Shown: positions 9,139 through 17,233 of the stretch, piece after piece
Position numbering within the stretch: the first letter of the stretch is position 1
Layout: every line of letters starts with the position of its first letter
Assembly (NCBI GenBank): GCA_034927445.1
Contig: JAYFPZ010000003.1
Coordinates: forward strand, 128,974 to 152,973
Source of the DNA: Syntrophomonadaceae bacterium
Lineage (GTDB): Bacteria; Bacillota; Syntrophomonadia; Syntrophomonadales; Syntrophomonadaceae
Direction of reading: 5' to 3'
Length of the DNA: 24,000 nucleotides
The notes under the pieces: model-generated
What the model was told of the DNA's origin: nothing
The model's input: only the letters and a program-made list of their open reading frames with translations
The model's database searches: none
Translations under genes and position numbers: made by a program

Positions 9139-10342
9139 TGGTAGTCATCTCCTTGCCCTTGATTAACAGTTGCAGTCGGCCATTGGCCAAATCTGCCTGC
9201 AGCTCGTCCCCAATTTCAATGTCACTGATATCTTTGATGATCTTCTTATCTTGGGAGAGAATTGCGTAACCCCTGCCCATTACCTTGAGGGGGCTCAAAT
9301 TGTCCAGCCCCGCGGCCGCCAAAGCCAGATGATGGTTTTTATCTTTTATTATCCCATCCATGGCATTTTTTAGTCTCTGTTCCAGCTCGGAGTGCAGATT
9401 TTGCTGCTTCCGCAGCAGCAGGCCCGGCTCCCGCCATACTTTTTTCATCATACAACGGTCCAGCCTTTCCTCCCGGCTGGCCAGGATACGCTGCATGAAT
9501 CGCATCATCCTGGTGTTCAAGCCGGCCAGTTCTTTATACAACAGGCTGTAATCAGGTACGGCCAGTTGGGCGGCCTGGGTCGGGGTGGCGGCCCGCAGGT
9601 CAGCGGCCAGATCGCTGAGACTATAGTCAACCTCATGCCCCACCCCTGAAATAATCGGGATGCGGGAATGATAAATGGCCTGAACCAGCTCCTCGCTGTT
9701 GAAAGCCATCAGATCTTCCAATGACCCTCCGCCTCGACCTACGATAATAATATCCACCTGGCCGTAATCATTCAGGGCTTGAACCGCCTGGGCCAACTCC
9801 CGGGGCGCCTCCGGCCCCTGGACGGAGCTGTGGGACAATATCACCTCTACTCCGGGATGGCGCTGCCTGATTACCCGCATTATATCATGTAGGGCGGCGC
9901 CGTCCTGGGAGGTAACTACTCCCACCCGGTGAACCAGGCGGGGAATCTCTTTTTTCCTTTCGGGAGCGAAATATCCCTCGGCAGCCAGGCGTGCCTTCAA
10001 TTGTTCCAGATAGAGATAGAGGCCGCCGGTCCCATAGAGCTGCATTTCTTCCACATAAACCTGGTATTTGCCCTGCCGGGCAAACACGGAAACGTAACCG
10101 CGCAGCAGCACTTCCATACCTTCCTCAGGCTTAAAGTTAAGCTGCTGTCCCCTGCTTCTGAACATGACACAGCTTACTGCGGCTTCTTCGTCTTTCAGGG
10201 TAAAATAGCTGTGCCCGGATTGCTGGTAAAACCGAAAACCGGATATTTCCCCTTTCAGCCAAAAATTCTGCAGGTGGGCGTCGTGGTCAAGCAGGCGGGT
10301 TATATATGTATTTAACATACCCACGGTAATATAGTCTTGCAC
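9125..10342 (-). CDS. xseA: Exodeoxyribonuclease VII large subunit
   Basis: 405 aa; LWLKGEISGFR-type OB fold, VGVVTSQDGAALHDI, IIVGRGGGSLEDL, SGVGHEVDYSLSDLAADLRAATPTQAA. GTG start. Confidence 0.96.
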   Translation of the reverse strand: MQDYITVGMLNTYITRLLDHDAHLQNFWLKGEISGFRFYQQSGHSYFTLKDEEAAVSCVMFRSRGQQLNFKPEEGMEVLLRGYVSVFARQGKYQVYVEEMQLYGTGGLYLYLEQLKARLAAEGYFAPERKKEIPRLVHRVGVVTSQDGAALHDIMRVIRQRHPGVEVILSHSSVQGPEAPRELAQAVQALNDYGQVDIIIVGRGGGSLEDLMAFNSEELVQAIYHSRIPIISGVGHEVDYSLSDLAADLRAATPTQAAQLAVPDYSLLYKELAGLNTRMMRFMQRILASREERLDRCMMKKVWREPGLLLRKQQNLHSELEQRLKNAMDGIIKDKNHHLALAAAGLDNLSPLKVMGRGYAILSQDKKIIKDISDIEIGDELQADLANGRLQLLIKGKEMTTIGQT

Positions 10343-10354
10343 CTGAAGTCCCTT

Positions 10355-11179
10355 CTATGCCTTACGGGCGGCCTGGCTGAGGTTGTCCATCAAGGCGGCG
10401 ATCAGCAGGGGGCCCATACCGCCGGGAACCGGCAAAAGATACCCCTCTATTCCTGCGACCGCCTCTTTGTCTACGTTGCCGCAGACATGATTTTCGTGCC
10501 AGTGAAACCCGGCATCAATCAGGAGTGCGCCCGCTTTAACCCCTTCCTGTTGCACTGCCAGGGGGGCGCCTTTTTCAATAACGGCTATATCCACATCGTT
10601 CATCATAGCTGATTGGTATTCGGGGGAGATTGTAACCCGGCACCCCTCTTTTATATACATTAACGCCAAGGGCTGGATTACATCAAAAGAATCACCTACC
10701 AGCAGGACCTTCTTGCCGGGCAGAGGACTCTGGTAGCGACGGCTGATATCCATACAAGCCAGGGCGGCACAACTGATGAAATAAGGTTTCGCACCCATTA
10801 GCAGGCCACGGTTGTAGGGATTGAATCCGTCCACATCTTTCTGCGGGGAGATGGCTTCCAGGAATTCTTCCCGGTAAGGTTCCAAACTCTCGGACAAGGG
10901 TAGTTGCAGCAAGATGCCATGGATATCCCGCTCCTCATTGCCAGCCTTAATTACGCTTAAAAGTTCTTCCCGGCTGGCGTCGGCAGCCAAATTGATAATA
11001 CGGGTACGCCCCCCGATTAATTCCACCGCCGTTTTTTTCAGACCTATGTACAGGGAATTCTCTTTATTATCACCTACGTCAATAACCATCAGACAGGGAG
11101 AAATGCCTGCGCTGGTATTTGCTTCTTTTAAATCGGCCTTAATTTGATCTGCAATATTTTTGCCGCTGATTATTTCCAT
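10355..11179 (-). CDS. folD: FolD-family methylenetetrahydrofolate dehydrogenase/cyclohydrolase homolog, divergent
   Basis: Between nusB and xseA as in Bacillus subtilis; retains SLYIGLKKTA, GILLQLPLS, KDVDGFNPYN and a PGGMGPL motif, but the nucleotide-binding region is atypical (see findings). Confidence 0.85.
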   Translation of the reverse strand: MEIISGKNIADQIKADLKEANTSAGISPCLMVIDVGDNKENSLYIGLKKTAVELIGGRTRIINLAADASREELLSVIKAGNEERDIHGILLQLPLSESLEPYREEFLEAISPQKDVDGFNPYNRGLLMGAKPYFISCAALACMDISRRYQSPLPGKKVLLVGDSFDVIQPLALMYIKEGCRVTISPEYQSAMMNDVDIAVIEKGAPLAVQQEGVKAGALLIDAGFHWHENHVCGNVDKEAVAGIEGYLLPVPGGMGPLLIAALMDNLSQAARKA

Positions 11180-11269
11180 GCTTATACCTCACAAAATTTA
11201 TTTTGCCCGCACCTTATTGGTTGCCGGACATAAAAAAGGATGGCTGCAATGATACCATCAAATTTGTTT

Positions 11270-11680
11270 TTATTCTTCTTGGGGCTGCCTTTCTCTAATC
11301 CGGTCCAGAATAGCGTTGATGAAACCAACTGAAGCCGGTTCGCTGTAGCGCTTGGATATTTCAAGGGCTTCATCTATCGCCACTACAGATTGGGTGGCAT
11401 TCAGGTACATTATCTCGCAACTGGCCAGACGCAGCAGGTTGCGATCCACGGAAGACATTCTTTGCACCGACCAATCCTTGGAGAAATCACCGATAATGGA
11501 ATCGATAGCTTGCATATGAGCCACTGTGCCTTCGATCAAATCCCAAGCAAATTCCCTGTCCTTTTCCGGTAACGGGGTTTCCTGCTGCAGGTAGTTGAAG
11601 GCTTGGCGGGGGTCGGCGTTAACCTGGTCTACTTGAAACAAAACCTTGAAAGCAATTTCCCGCGCTTTGCGTCTGCTCAA
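11270..11680 (-). CDS. nusB: Transcription antitermination factor NusB
   Basis: 136 aa; SRRKAREIAFKVLFQVD..., VDRNLLRLASCEIMYL, VAIDEALEISKRYSEPASVGFINAILDRI. Confidence 0.95.
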   Translation of the reverse strand: MSRRKAREIAFKVLFQVDQVNADPRQAFNYLQQETPLPEKDREFAWDLIEGTVAHMQAIDSIIGDFSKDWSVQRMSSVDRNLLRLASCEIMYLNATQSVVAIDEALEISKRYSEPASVGFINAILDRIRERQPQEE

Positions 11681-11704
11681 ATTGATCTCCCTTCCTTAAA
11701 TTCG

Positions 11705-11926
11705 CTATTTTTTAGGTCTAAAGAGGCTGTTCAGCCAGAACTCCAGGTTGGTGTTATTATCCAGTTGTTTGCCGATCTGATAACCGGCAAATATACAGAA
11801 GACTACGAAAATAGTCCGCCAAAAACCGAAACTTAGAAACAGGATGCTGGTTATCAGCCCCAAAGCGACACCAATAGTTTTTCCCCGGTGTTCAGTTAAT
11901 ATATAAGCTAATATTTTTTCAAACAT
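11705..11926 (-). CDS. DUF2273-type small integral membrane protein
   Basis: 73 aa, two TM segments, ENRGKTIGVALGLITSILFLSFGFWRT-type sequence between amaP and nusB. Confidence 0.8.
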   Translation of the reverse strand: MFEKILAYILTEHRGKTIGVALGLITSILFLSFGFWRTIFVVFCIFAGYQIGKQLDNNTNLEFWLNSLFRPKK

Positions 11927-11934
11927 ACTGCCTC

Positions 11935-12465
11935 CTATCTGTTGCTGCCGGGGGTGAATTCATTAACCAACACCTTAATCTCAGCAACTTGAAGCCCTCC
12001 GGTTTTCTCCAGGTTCTCCCTGACGGCTTGCTGGAGCAATTGAGCAGTTTCGGGTACATTATGATCGGGATGAAACATAGCGTGAAGTTTGACTGTAACT
12101 CCGGCGGGATTGGGAATTACGGTCGGAACCAACTCCTTTACCCCTTCCACCTGACGGCCCGCTTTCATAATAATAGCTTTGGCCGCAGCGATGCTGACGG
12201 ATACTTCCCCCGCCATACCCTGCTCGATTACAACGGCATCTACGCGCGGTGAAGTCTTTAAGCCCCACATCAGCATAAAAAAGGCCACAATCGCCAGAGC
12301 AACACCTATCCCGCCCAGGATAAGCGTATGCAGCGGAGTCGAAGTAACCGCATGCAAATAATCCAGGGGGTATGTCCACCCTAGAGATATGGCAATTATG
12401 GCCGCAGCCAGCGCCAGCATCAAGAGGTTGTAGATAAATATAACCAAACGCCCTGCTAGTGGCAC
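11935..12465 (-). CDS. amaP: Alkaline shock response membrane anchor protein (AmaP-like)
   Basis: ORF 11935..12489; GTG at 12465 preceded by GGAAAGGAGAGG is the more likely start. N-terminal TM, second TM, then Asp23-like C-terminal region; sits next to the Asp23 gene. Confidence 0.82.
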   Translation of the reverse strand: MPLAGRLVIFIYNLLMLALAAAIIAISLGWTYPLDYLHAVTSTPLHTLILGGIGVALAIVAFFMLMWGLKTSPRVDAVVIEQGMAGEVSVSIAAAKAIIMKAGRQVEGVKELVPTVIPNPAGVTVKLHAMFHPDHNVPETAQLLQQAVRENLEKTGGLQVAEIKVLVNEFTPGSNR

Positions 12466-12493
12466 TTTTACCTCTCCTTTCCAAACCATATAG

Positions 12494-12521
12494 ATAACCC
12501 CCTGCTGACACAGGGGGTTAT
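12494..12521 (-). other. Strong 10-bp hairpin in the Asp23-amaP intergenic region
   Basis: ATAACCCCCT (12494-12503) / AGGGGGTTAT (12512-12521), 8-nt loop; no U-run follows on the minus strand. Confidence 0.55.
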
Positions 12522-12542
12522 CACCATACTCAATTCAAGAGA

Positions 12543-12950
12543 TTACTCTACCGGAATTTCCGATATCCCTTCAATATCCGGGGATGTTGCTTTCTTGGTC
12601 AAAACTGACACTACATGCACGTTTACGGCGGATACAGTCAACCCCGTCATAGATTCAACCGCCAGTTTAACTTCTTTCTGCACGTTTTCAGCAACTTTCG
12701 GTATAGCATAACCGTATTCAATTATTATAAATATATCAATAATGGTTTGTTCCCCAGAAGCATCAACTTTGATACCCTTGCCCAGATTTTTCTTGCCCAA
12801 TTTTTCTACCAGATCAGTTCCCCAGCCGCCACTCATAGAGGCGACGCCTTCAACTTCCACTGTAGCCAGACCGGCAACCGTAGAAACAACCTCATCTGCG
12901 ATTCTAATTACACCCAGATCATTAGGGATTTCCGGTTTAATATCATCCAT
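12543..12950 (-). CDS. Asp23/Gls24 family envelope stress response protein
   Basis: 135 aa; GVIRIADEVVSTVAGLATVEVEGVASMSGG..., IIEYGYAIPKVAENVQKEVKLAVESMTGLTVSAVNVHV. Confidence 0.93.
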   Translation of the reverse strand: MDDIKPEIPNDLGVIRIADEVVSTVAGLATVEVEGVASMSGGWGTDLVEKLGKKNLGKGIKVDASGEQTIIDIFIIIEYGYAIPKVAENVQKEVKLAVESMTGLTVSAVNVHVVSVLTKKATSPDIEGISEIPVE

Positions 12951-13256
12951 TTTTCCACCTCCGCTAAAATTATATTATTATGCTGTTATTTTACCAGACC
13001 GTATTATCTTTAACAATCTTTCTATATTCCCTTTGCTTGGACTAGTACCCTGTTAACCCTAATTCTATATCTTCTTGTCGGTCAAATTTCCGCATGGCTC
13101 GTTGTCGTTAATCACAATACTTCCAGTATTATTACTCAATCCTCCGACGCCCACGGACGGGCTAGTGCAGCGATGCCAGGAGGGCAAGGAGCTGCCGCCT
13201 TGCCCTGCAAAAATCTGTCTCGACAAATAATATACAGACTTAGGATTTACAGGGTA

Positions 13257-14603
13257 CTAGATATTGTTCATGCGTCTTTGAATGAAGTTGGTATAAACCT
13301 CTCCTTTTTGGAAGAACGCATTATCCAGGACTTTTTTATGGAACGGTATGGTGGTGGCGACATTGGTGACCGTAAATTCATCCAAAGCCCGTTTCATTCT
13401 GGCTATAGCTTCTTCGCGGTCTCTTCCCCATACAATCAGTTTGGCCACCATGGAATCATAAAACGGGGGAATGTTGTAGCCGGTATAAACACATGAATCT
13501 ACGCGAATTCCCGGTCCGCCCGGCGGGAGGTACATGGCTACCATCCCGGGTGAAGGGCGAAAATCATTGTCGGGATCTTCCGCATTAATCCTGCACTCAA
13601 TCGCACATCCGTTGATTTGGATATCCTCCTGGCGGTAACTGAGTTTTTCCCCGGCGGCTATGCGTATTTGTTCTTTGATTATGTCAATCCCGGTGACCAT
13701 TTCGGTAACCGGGTGCTCCACCTGTACCCGGGTGTTCATTTCAATAAAATAAAAATTTTTATGCTTGTCAACCAGGAATTCCACCGTACCCGCGCTCCAG
13801 TAGCCGGCCGCCCTGGCTGCCTTTACCGCCACCGCCCCCATCTGGGCTCTGAGTTCGGGATCAATAAAAGAGGAGGGTGATTCTTCCAGGAGTTTTTGAT
13901 GACGACGCTGCAGCGAGCAGTCTCTTTCCCCCAGGTGGATTATATTCCCGTATTCATCCCCCAAAATCTGTATCTCTATGTGCCGGGGCTCCTCTATGTA
14001 TTTTTCGATGTAAACTTCATCATTGCCAAATGCTGCCCCGGCCTCCATCCTGGCCATGCCCAGGGCTTCTCTGAGGGACGATTTGCTGTGGGCCAGACGC
14101 ATCCCGCGTCCTCCTCCTCCCGCCGAAGCCTTGATAATTACAGGATAGCCGATGGTATCAGCCAGCCCGACGGCTTCTTCCAGGCTTCCTGCCGCCCCGT
14201 CACTCCCGGGGACAACGGTTACCCCTACTGATTTAACCAGCTCTTTAGCTTTGACCTTATCCCCCATCAAATCAATTACCCGGGATGAAGGCCCAATGAA
14301 TTTTATCTTATTCGTCTCACACAACTCGGCAAAATATGCATTTTCAGCCAGAAACCCATAGCCGGGATGTATGGCTTCAGCTCCCGAATTCAACGCGGCC
14401 GATATGATATTGGAAATGTGCAGATAACTTTGATTAGCCGGTGCACCGCCAATACAAACTGCCTCGTCGGCCATTTTAACGTGCAAGTTCTCTTTATCCG
14501 CTTGCGAGTACACAGCCACCGTGGCAATGTTTAATTCCCGGCAGGCTCTGATAATCCGCAGGGCGATTTCACCCCGGTTGGCAATCAAGACCTTGGCAAA
14601 CAA
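13257..14603 (-). CDS. accC: Biotin carboxylase (acetyl-CoA or pyruvate carboxylase biotin carboxylase subunit)
   Basis: 448 aa; KVLIANRGEIALRIIRACRE, HPGYGFLAEN, KASAGGGGRGMR, FIEMNTRVQVEHPVTEM. Confidence 0.96.
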   Translation of the reverse strand: MFAKVLIANRGEIALRIIRACRELNIATVAVYSQADKENLHVKMADEAVCIGGAPANQSYLHISNIISAALNSGAEAIHPGYGFLAENAYFAELCETNKIKFIGPSSRVIDLMGDKVKAKELVKSVGVTVVPGSDGAAGSLEEAVGLADTIGYPVIIKASAGGGGRGMRLAHSKSSLREALGMARMEAGAAFGNDEVYIEKYIEEPRHIEIQILGDEYGNIIHLGERDCSLQRRHQKLLEESPSSFIDPELRAQMGAVAVKAARAAGYWSAGTVEFLVDKHKNFYFIEMNTRVQVEHPVTEMVTGIDIIKEQIRIAAGEKLSYRQEDIQINGCAIECRINAEDPDNDFRPSPGMVAMYLPPGGPGIRVDSCVYTGYNIPPFYDSMVAKLIVWGRDREEAIARMKRALDEFTVTNVATTIPFHKKVLDNAFFQKGEVYTNFIQRRMNNI

Positions 14604-14613
14604 ACAACCACCC

Positions 14614-15057
14614 CTAGTCTTTATTAATTAAAAACATCACCTGATCGTATTCAACCGCCTCGGCGTTCTCCACCGCTATATCTACTATGGTCCCGTCATA
14701 TTCCGATTTAATTTCATTCATAAGCTTCATGGCCTCAACTATACAGAGGGTCTGCCCTTTGCTGACATGATCGCCGATCTTGGCGAAAGGTTCAGCATCC
14801 GGGGATGACGCACTGTAAAAAGTTCCAACCATGGGGGCATTTACACTGACAATATTCTCATCAGTCAGGGCCGGCTCGGCTTTTTCCAGCACGGGCAGGT
14901 CGGCGGCCGTACCTGCAGCCGGGACGGACTTGGGTTCACTACTAGATTTGACCGCTTTTCTAAGGTTTATCCGGAAATCATCCTTCTGCAATTCCAGCTC
15001 GGAAATTGTACTCCGGTCAAGGAGCATTATCAACTCACGAATCTCTTCCAAATTCAT
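14614..15057 (-). CDS. accB: Possible nested stand-alone AccB (BCCP) produced by internal initiation within the fusion gene
   Basis: In-frame ATG at 15057 is preceded by GGGGAG (15066-15071) with 8-nt spacing and starts precisely at the AccB-like N-terminus; predicted product 147 aa, normal for AccB. Confidence 0.4.
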   Translation of the reverse strand: MNLEEIRELIMLLDRSTISELELQKDDFRINLRKAVKSSSEPKSVPAAGTAADLPVLEKAEPALTDENIVSVNAPMVGTFYSASSPDAEPFAKIGDHVSKGQTLCIVEAMKLMNEIKSEYDGTIVDIAVENAEAVEYDQVMFLINKD

Positions 15058-16521
15058 TTCTTCATCTCCCCTGATAATCGGTGTCTTTTTAATTTTCGGA
15101 GCCTGTTGGGGAGCGGCGTCCCGGCCGGGCTCAATAACAGCTTGAATTACTTCATCCCCTGGCACAATCTGGGGCAGGTCCTCATTATCCCTTGCTTTCA
15201 TGTATTCGAAGAATTTTAAGGCAACCTGGGGAAACAGAATATAGGTAAGAATATCCTCATCTTTATCCGATATATTGAGCATTTCCTGTTTGCCCTTCTC
15301 CCAACCCGGACTAAGCAAATCAGCGGGGCGTACGGTAATAATCTCAGTATCCCCAATAATCTTGGCACTTATATCCTGGTCAATCGGGGCGGGGGGGCTG
15401 CCGTACAGCCCGCGCACGTAATCTTTTACTTCCCCCGGACACAACTTATAGCGCTCCCCCAGCAAAACGTTGAGAACGGCCTGAGTACCAATAATCTGGC
15501 TGGTGGGTGTGACCAGCGGCGGATAACCCAGATCTTTGCGGACCCGAGGTATTTCTTCCAGCACCTCATCCAGGCGGTTGGAGGCTTTCTGCTCTTCCAA
15601 CTGGGAAACAAAGTTGGAAATCATGCCGCCCGGAACCTGGTGCTCAAAAACCTTCATATCGGAGATCTTGGTAACGCCTCGCTCAAACCCTTTGTGGGTG
15701 CGGATCTGCTCAAAATGAGTAGCAATCTCAAACAGATCATGCATATTCAGACCGGTATCCCATTCCGACCCCTGCAGGGCCCTTACAATAGTCTCCACCG
15801 GTGGCTGGGACGAGCCAAAGGCCATGGGAACACTGGCCGTATCAATAATATCAACTCCGGCCTCGGCCGCCTTGATGCATGACACCACCGCCAATCCCCC
15901 GATATAATGAGTGTGCAGCTGAATGGGAAGTCCCACCTTCTCCTTTAACAGTTTGACCAGATCATAAGATACATAAGGCGATAATAATCCCGCCATATCC
16001 TTTATGCAAATGGAGTCGGCCCCCATGGCTTTAAGATTCAAGGCTGTTTCCACAAAATGCTCCATAGTATGCACCGGACTGGTCGTATATACCAGACAGG
16101 CCTGCACGTGCTGGCCTGTTTTCTTGGCAGCCCGCATGCAGGTCTCCAGGTTGCGGATATCGTTTAGGGCATCAAATACCCTGAATATTTCAATACCGTT
16201 TTCAGCGGCTTTCTCAACAAACTTCTCCACCACGTCGTCGGGATAATGGGCATAGCCCACCAACGACTGGCCCCGCAGCAGCATCTGCAGCTTGGTTTGG
16301 CGTATATGCTTGCGGATAAACCTGAGTCTCTCCCATGGATCCTCCATCAAATAGCGGATGCAAACATCAAAAGTGGCTCCGCCCCATACCTCCAAGGAAT
16401 GATAACCGATATTATCCAGCTTGTCTAAGACCGGACGCATGTCAGCGGTGGTCATCCGGGTGGCCCAAAGGCTCTGATGACCGTCGCGCAGGCTGGTATC
16501 GGTAATCTTTATTCTACTCAT
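14614..16521 (-). CDS. Carboxyltransferase (oxaloacetate decarboxylase alpha / pyruvate carboxylase subunit B type) fused to an AccB-like biotin carboxyl carrier protein
   Basis: ORF 14614..16686; real start ATG 16521 (MSRIKITDTSLRDGHQSLWATRM). Carboxyltransferase motifs followed by AccB-type N-terminal region MNLEEIRELIMLLDRSTISELELQKDDFRINLRKA and biotinyl domain NAPMVGTFYSA...EAMKLMNEI. Confidence 0.95.
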   Translation of the reverse strand: MSRIKITDTSLRDGHQSLWATRMTTADMRPVLDKLDNIGYHSLEVWGGATFDVCIRYLMEDPWERLRFIRKHIRQTKLQMLLRGQSLVGYAHYPDDVVEKFVEKAAENGIEIFRVFDALNDIRNLETCMRAAKKTGQHVQACLVYTTSPVHTMEHFVETALNLKAMGADSICIKDMAGLLSPYVSYDLVKLLKEKVGLPIQLHTHYIGGLAVVSCIKAAEAGVDIIDTASVPMAFGSSQPPVETIVRALQGSEWDTGLNMHDLFEIATHFEQIRTHKGFERGVTKISDMKVFEHQVPGGMISNFVSQLEEQKASNRLDEVLEEIPRVRKDLGYPPLVTPTSQIIGTQAVLNVLLGERYKLCPGEVKDYVRGLYGSPPAPIDQDISAKIIGDTEIITVRPADLLSPGWEKGKQEMLNISDKDEDILTYILFPQVALKFFEYMKARDNEDLPQIVPGDEVIQAVIEPGRDAAPQQAPKIKKTPIIRGDEEMNLEEIRELIMLLDRSTISELELQKDDFRINLRKAVKSSSEPKSVPAAGTAADLPVLEKAEPALTDENIVSVNAPMVGTFYSASSPDAEPFAKIGDHVSKGQTLCIVEAMKLMNEIKSEYDGTIVDIAVENAEAVEYDQVMFLINKD

Positions 16522-16544
16522 TTTACACCCCCAGTAAGTAAACG

Positions 16545-16560
16545 GCGCGCAATTCGCGCA
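16545..16560. repeat. 16-bp GC-rich near-palindrome GCGCGCAATTCGCGCA, copy 1
   Basis: Exact match to 22256-22271; lies just downstream of a TATAAT (minus strand, 16570-16565) before the carboxyltransferase start. Confidence 0.6.
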
Positions 16561-16564
16561 TTGA

Positions 16565-16570
16565 ATTATA
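16565..16570 (-). promoter_or_regulatory. Candidate -10 element (TATAAT) for the carboxyltransferase-accC transcript
   Basis: Reverse strand reads TATAAT, downstream of the spoIIIA-end terminator; -35 is poor. Confidence 0.4.
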
Positions 16571-16584
16571 AGGTCTCTATATAA

Positions 16585-16615
16585 AACATACTCAGGCCTA
16601 TGACCTGAGCATGTT
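16585..16615 (-). terminator. Intrinsic terminator at the end of the spoIIIA operon
   Basis: Minus strand AACATGCTCAGG-TCATAGG-CCTGAGTATGTT: 12-bp stem with one G-U pair, then TTATATAG. The stem's trailing TT plus following TT forms a GTTTTAT tract. Confidence 0.72.
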
Positions 16616-16690
16616 ATTAATACAGCGATATTTCCATTATATGAATTAAAGCCATTTAAATCAACGTTTTTACGGGATGTATACAAACCG

Positions 16691-17233
16691 CTAGGGCTGG
16701 AGTTTAACCACTGATATGGATTTTCCGGTATTTCCAGTGGCTACACCGACGGTTTTCTTAATAGCTTCCTGTTGGACCGCAGCCAGATTGCCGCTTTCCA
16801 CCATGACTGAAATATTGGTATCGGTAACTACCACCGCGCAATCCTGGAAGCCCTGCGACTTGATCATGGCTTCAGCCTGCATCTCCTTTTCTTCCCGATC
16901 AGCCAGACTGACCAGCTTGAGATTGGCCGCTTCACGCGCCTTGGCCGAAGCGGTCGAGTTGCTGCTGATTTCCCTAAGCAGGCTCATTTCTTTACTGCGC
17001 ACCCTTTCCCTTTCCATGCGGTATTCTGCCAGAAACCCGCTTTCCTGCACTTCAGTCAGGGGCGGACTGACAACTGTATTACTGCTGGTATCGGCCGGTT
17101 CGGCCGCCGTTTTACCGGTGGGAACGGAGGTTGTTTTCAGGCTATAATTGACAAGACCTATACAGATTAAAGGGATAACAACTATGGCCGCAATTATTGC
17201 CAGCAGTTTGACCCGATTCATACTGATAATCAT
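16691..17233 (-). CDS. spoIIIAH: Stage III sporulation protein AH
   Basis: 180 aa; N-terminal TM, ...EYRMERERVRSKEMSLLREI...ANLKLVSLADREEKEMQAEAMIKSQGFQDCAVVV; last position of the spoIIIA operon. Confidence 0.93.
   Translation of the reverse strand: MIISMNRVKLLAIIAAIVVIPLICIGLVNYSLKTTSVPTGKTAAEPADTSSNTVVSPPLTEVQESGFLAEYRMERERVRSKEMSLLREISSNSTASAKAREAANLKLVSLADREEKEMQAEAMIKSQGFQDCAVVVTDTNISVMVESGNLAAVQQEAIKKTVGVATGNTGKSISVVKLQP

Noticed and set aside
11182-11373. 63-aa minus-strand ORF between nusB and folD
   Set aside because: Starts inside nusB in another frame and has no recognisable family or good RBS.
12059-12511. 150-aa minus-strand ORF overlapping amaP
   Set aside because: Frame-shifted shadow of AmaP; low-complexity composition, whereas 11935..12465 has the expected TM and Asp23-like features.
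13173-13496. 107-aa plus-strand ORF at the 3' end of accC
   Set aside because: Mostly antisense to accC; the 5' part is the GC-rich hairpin region, not coding-like.
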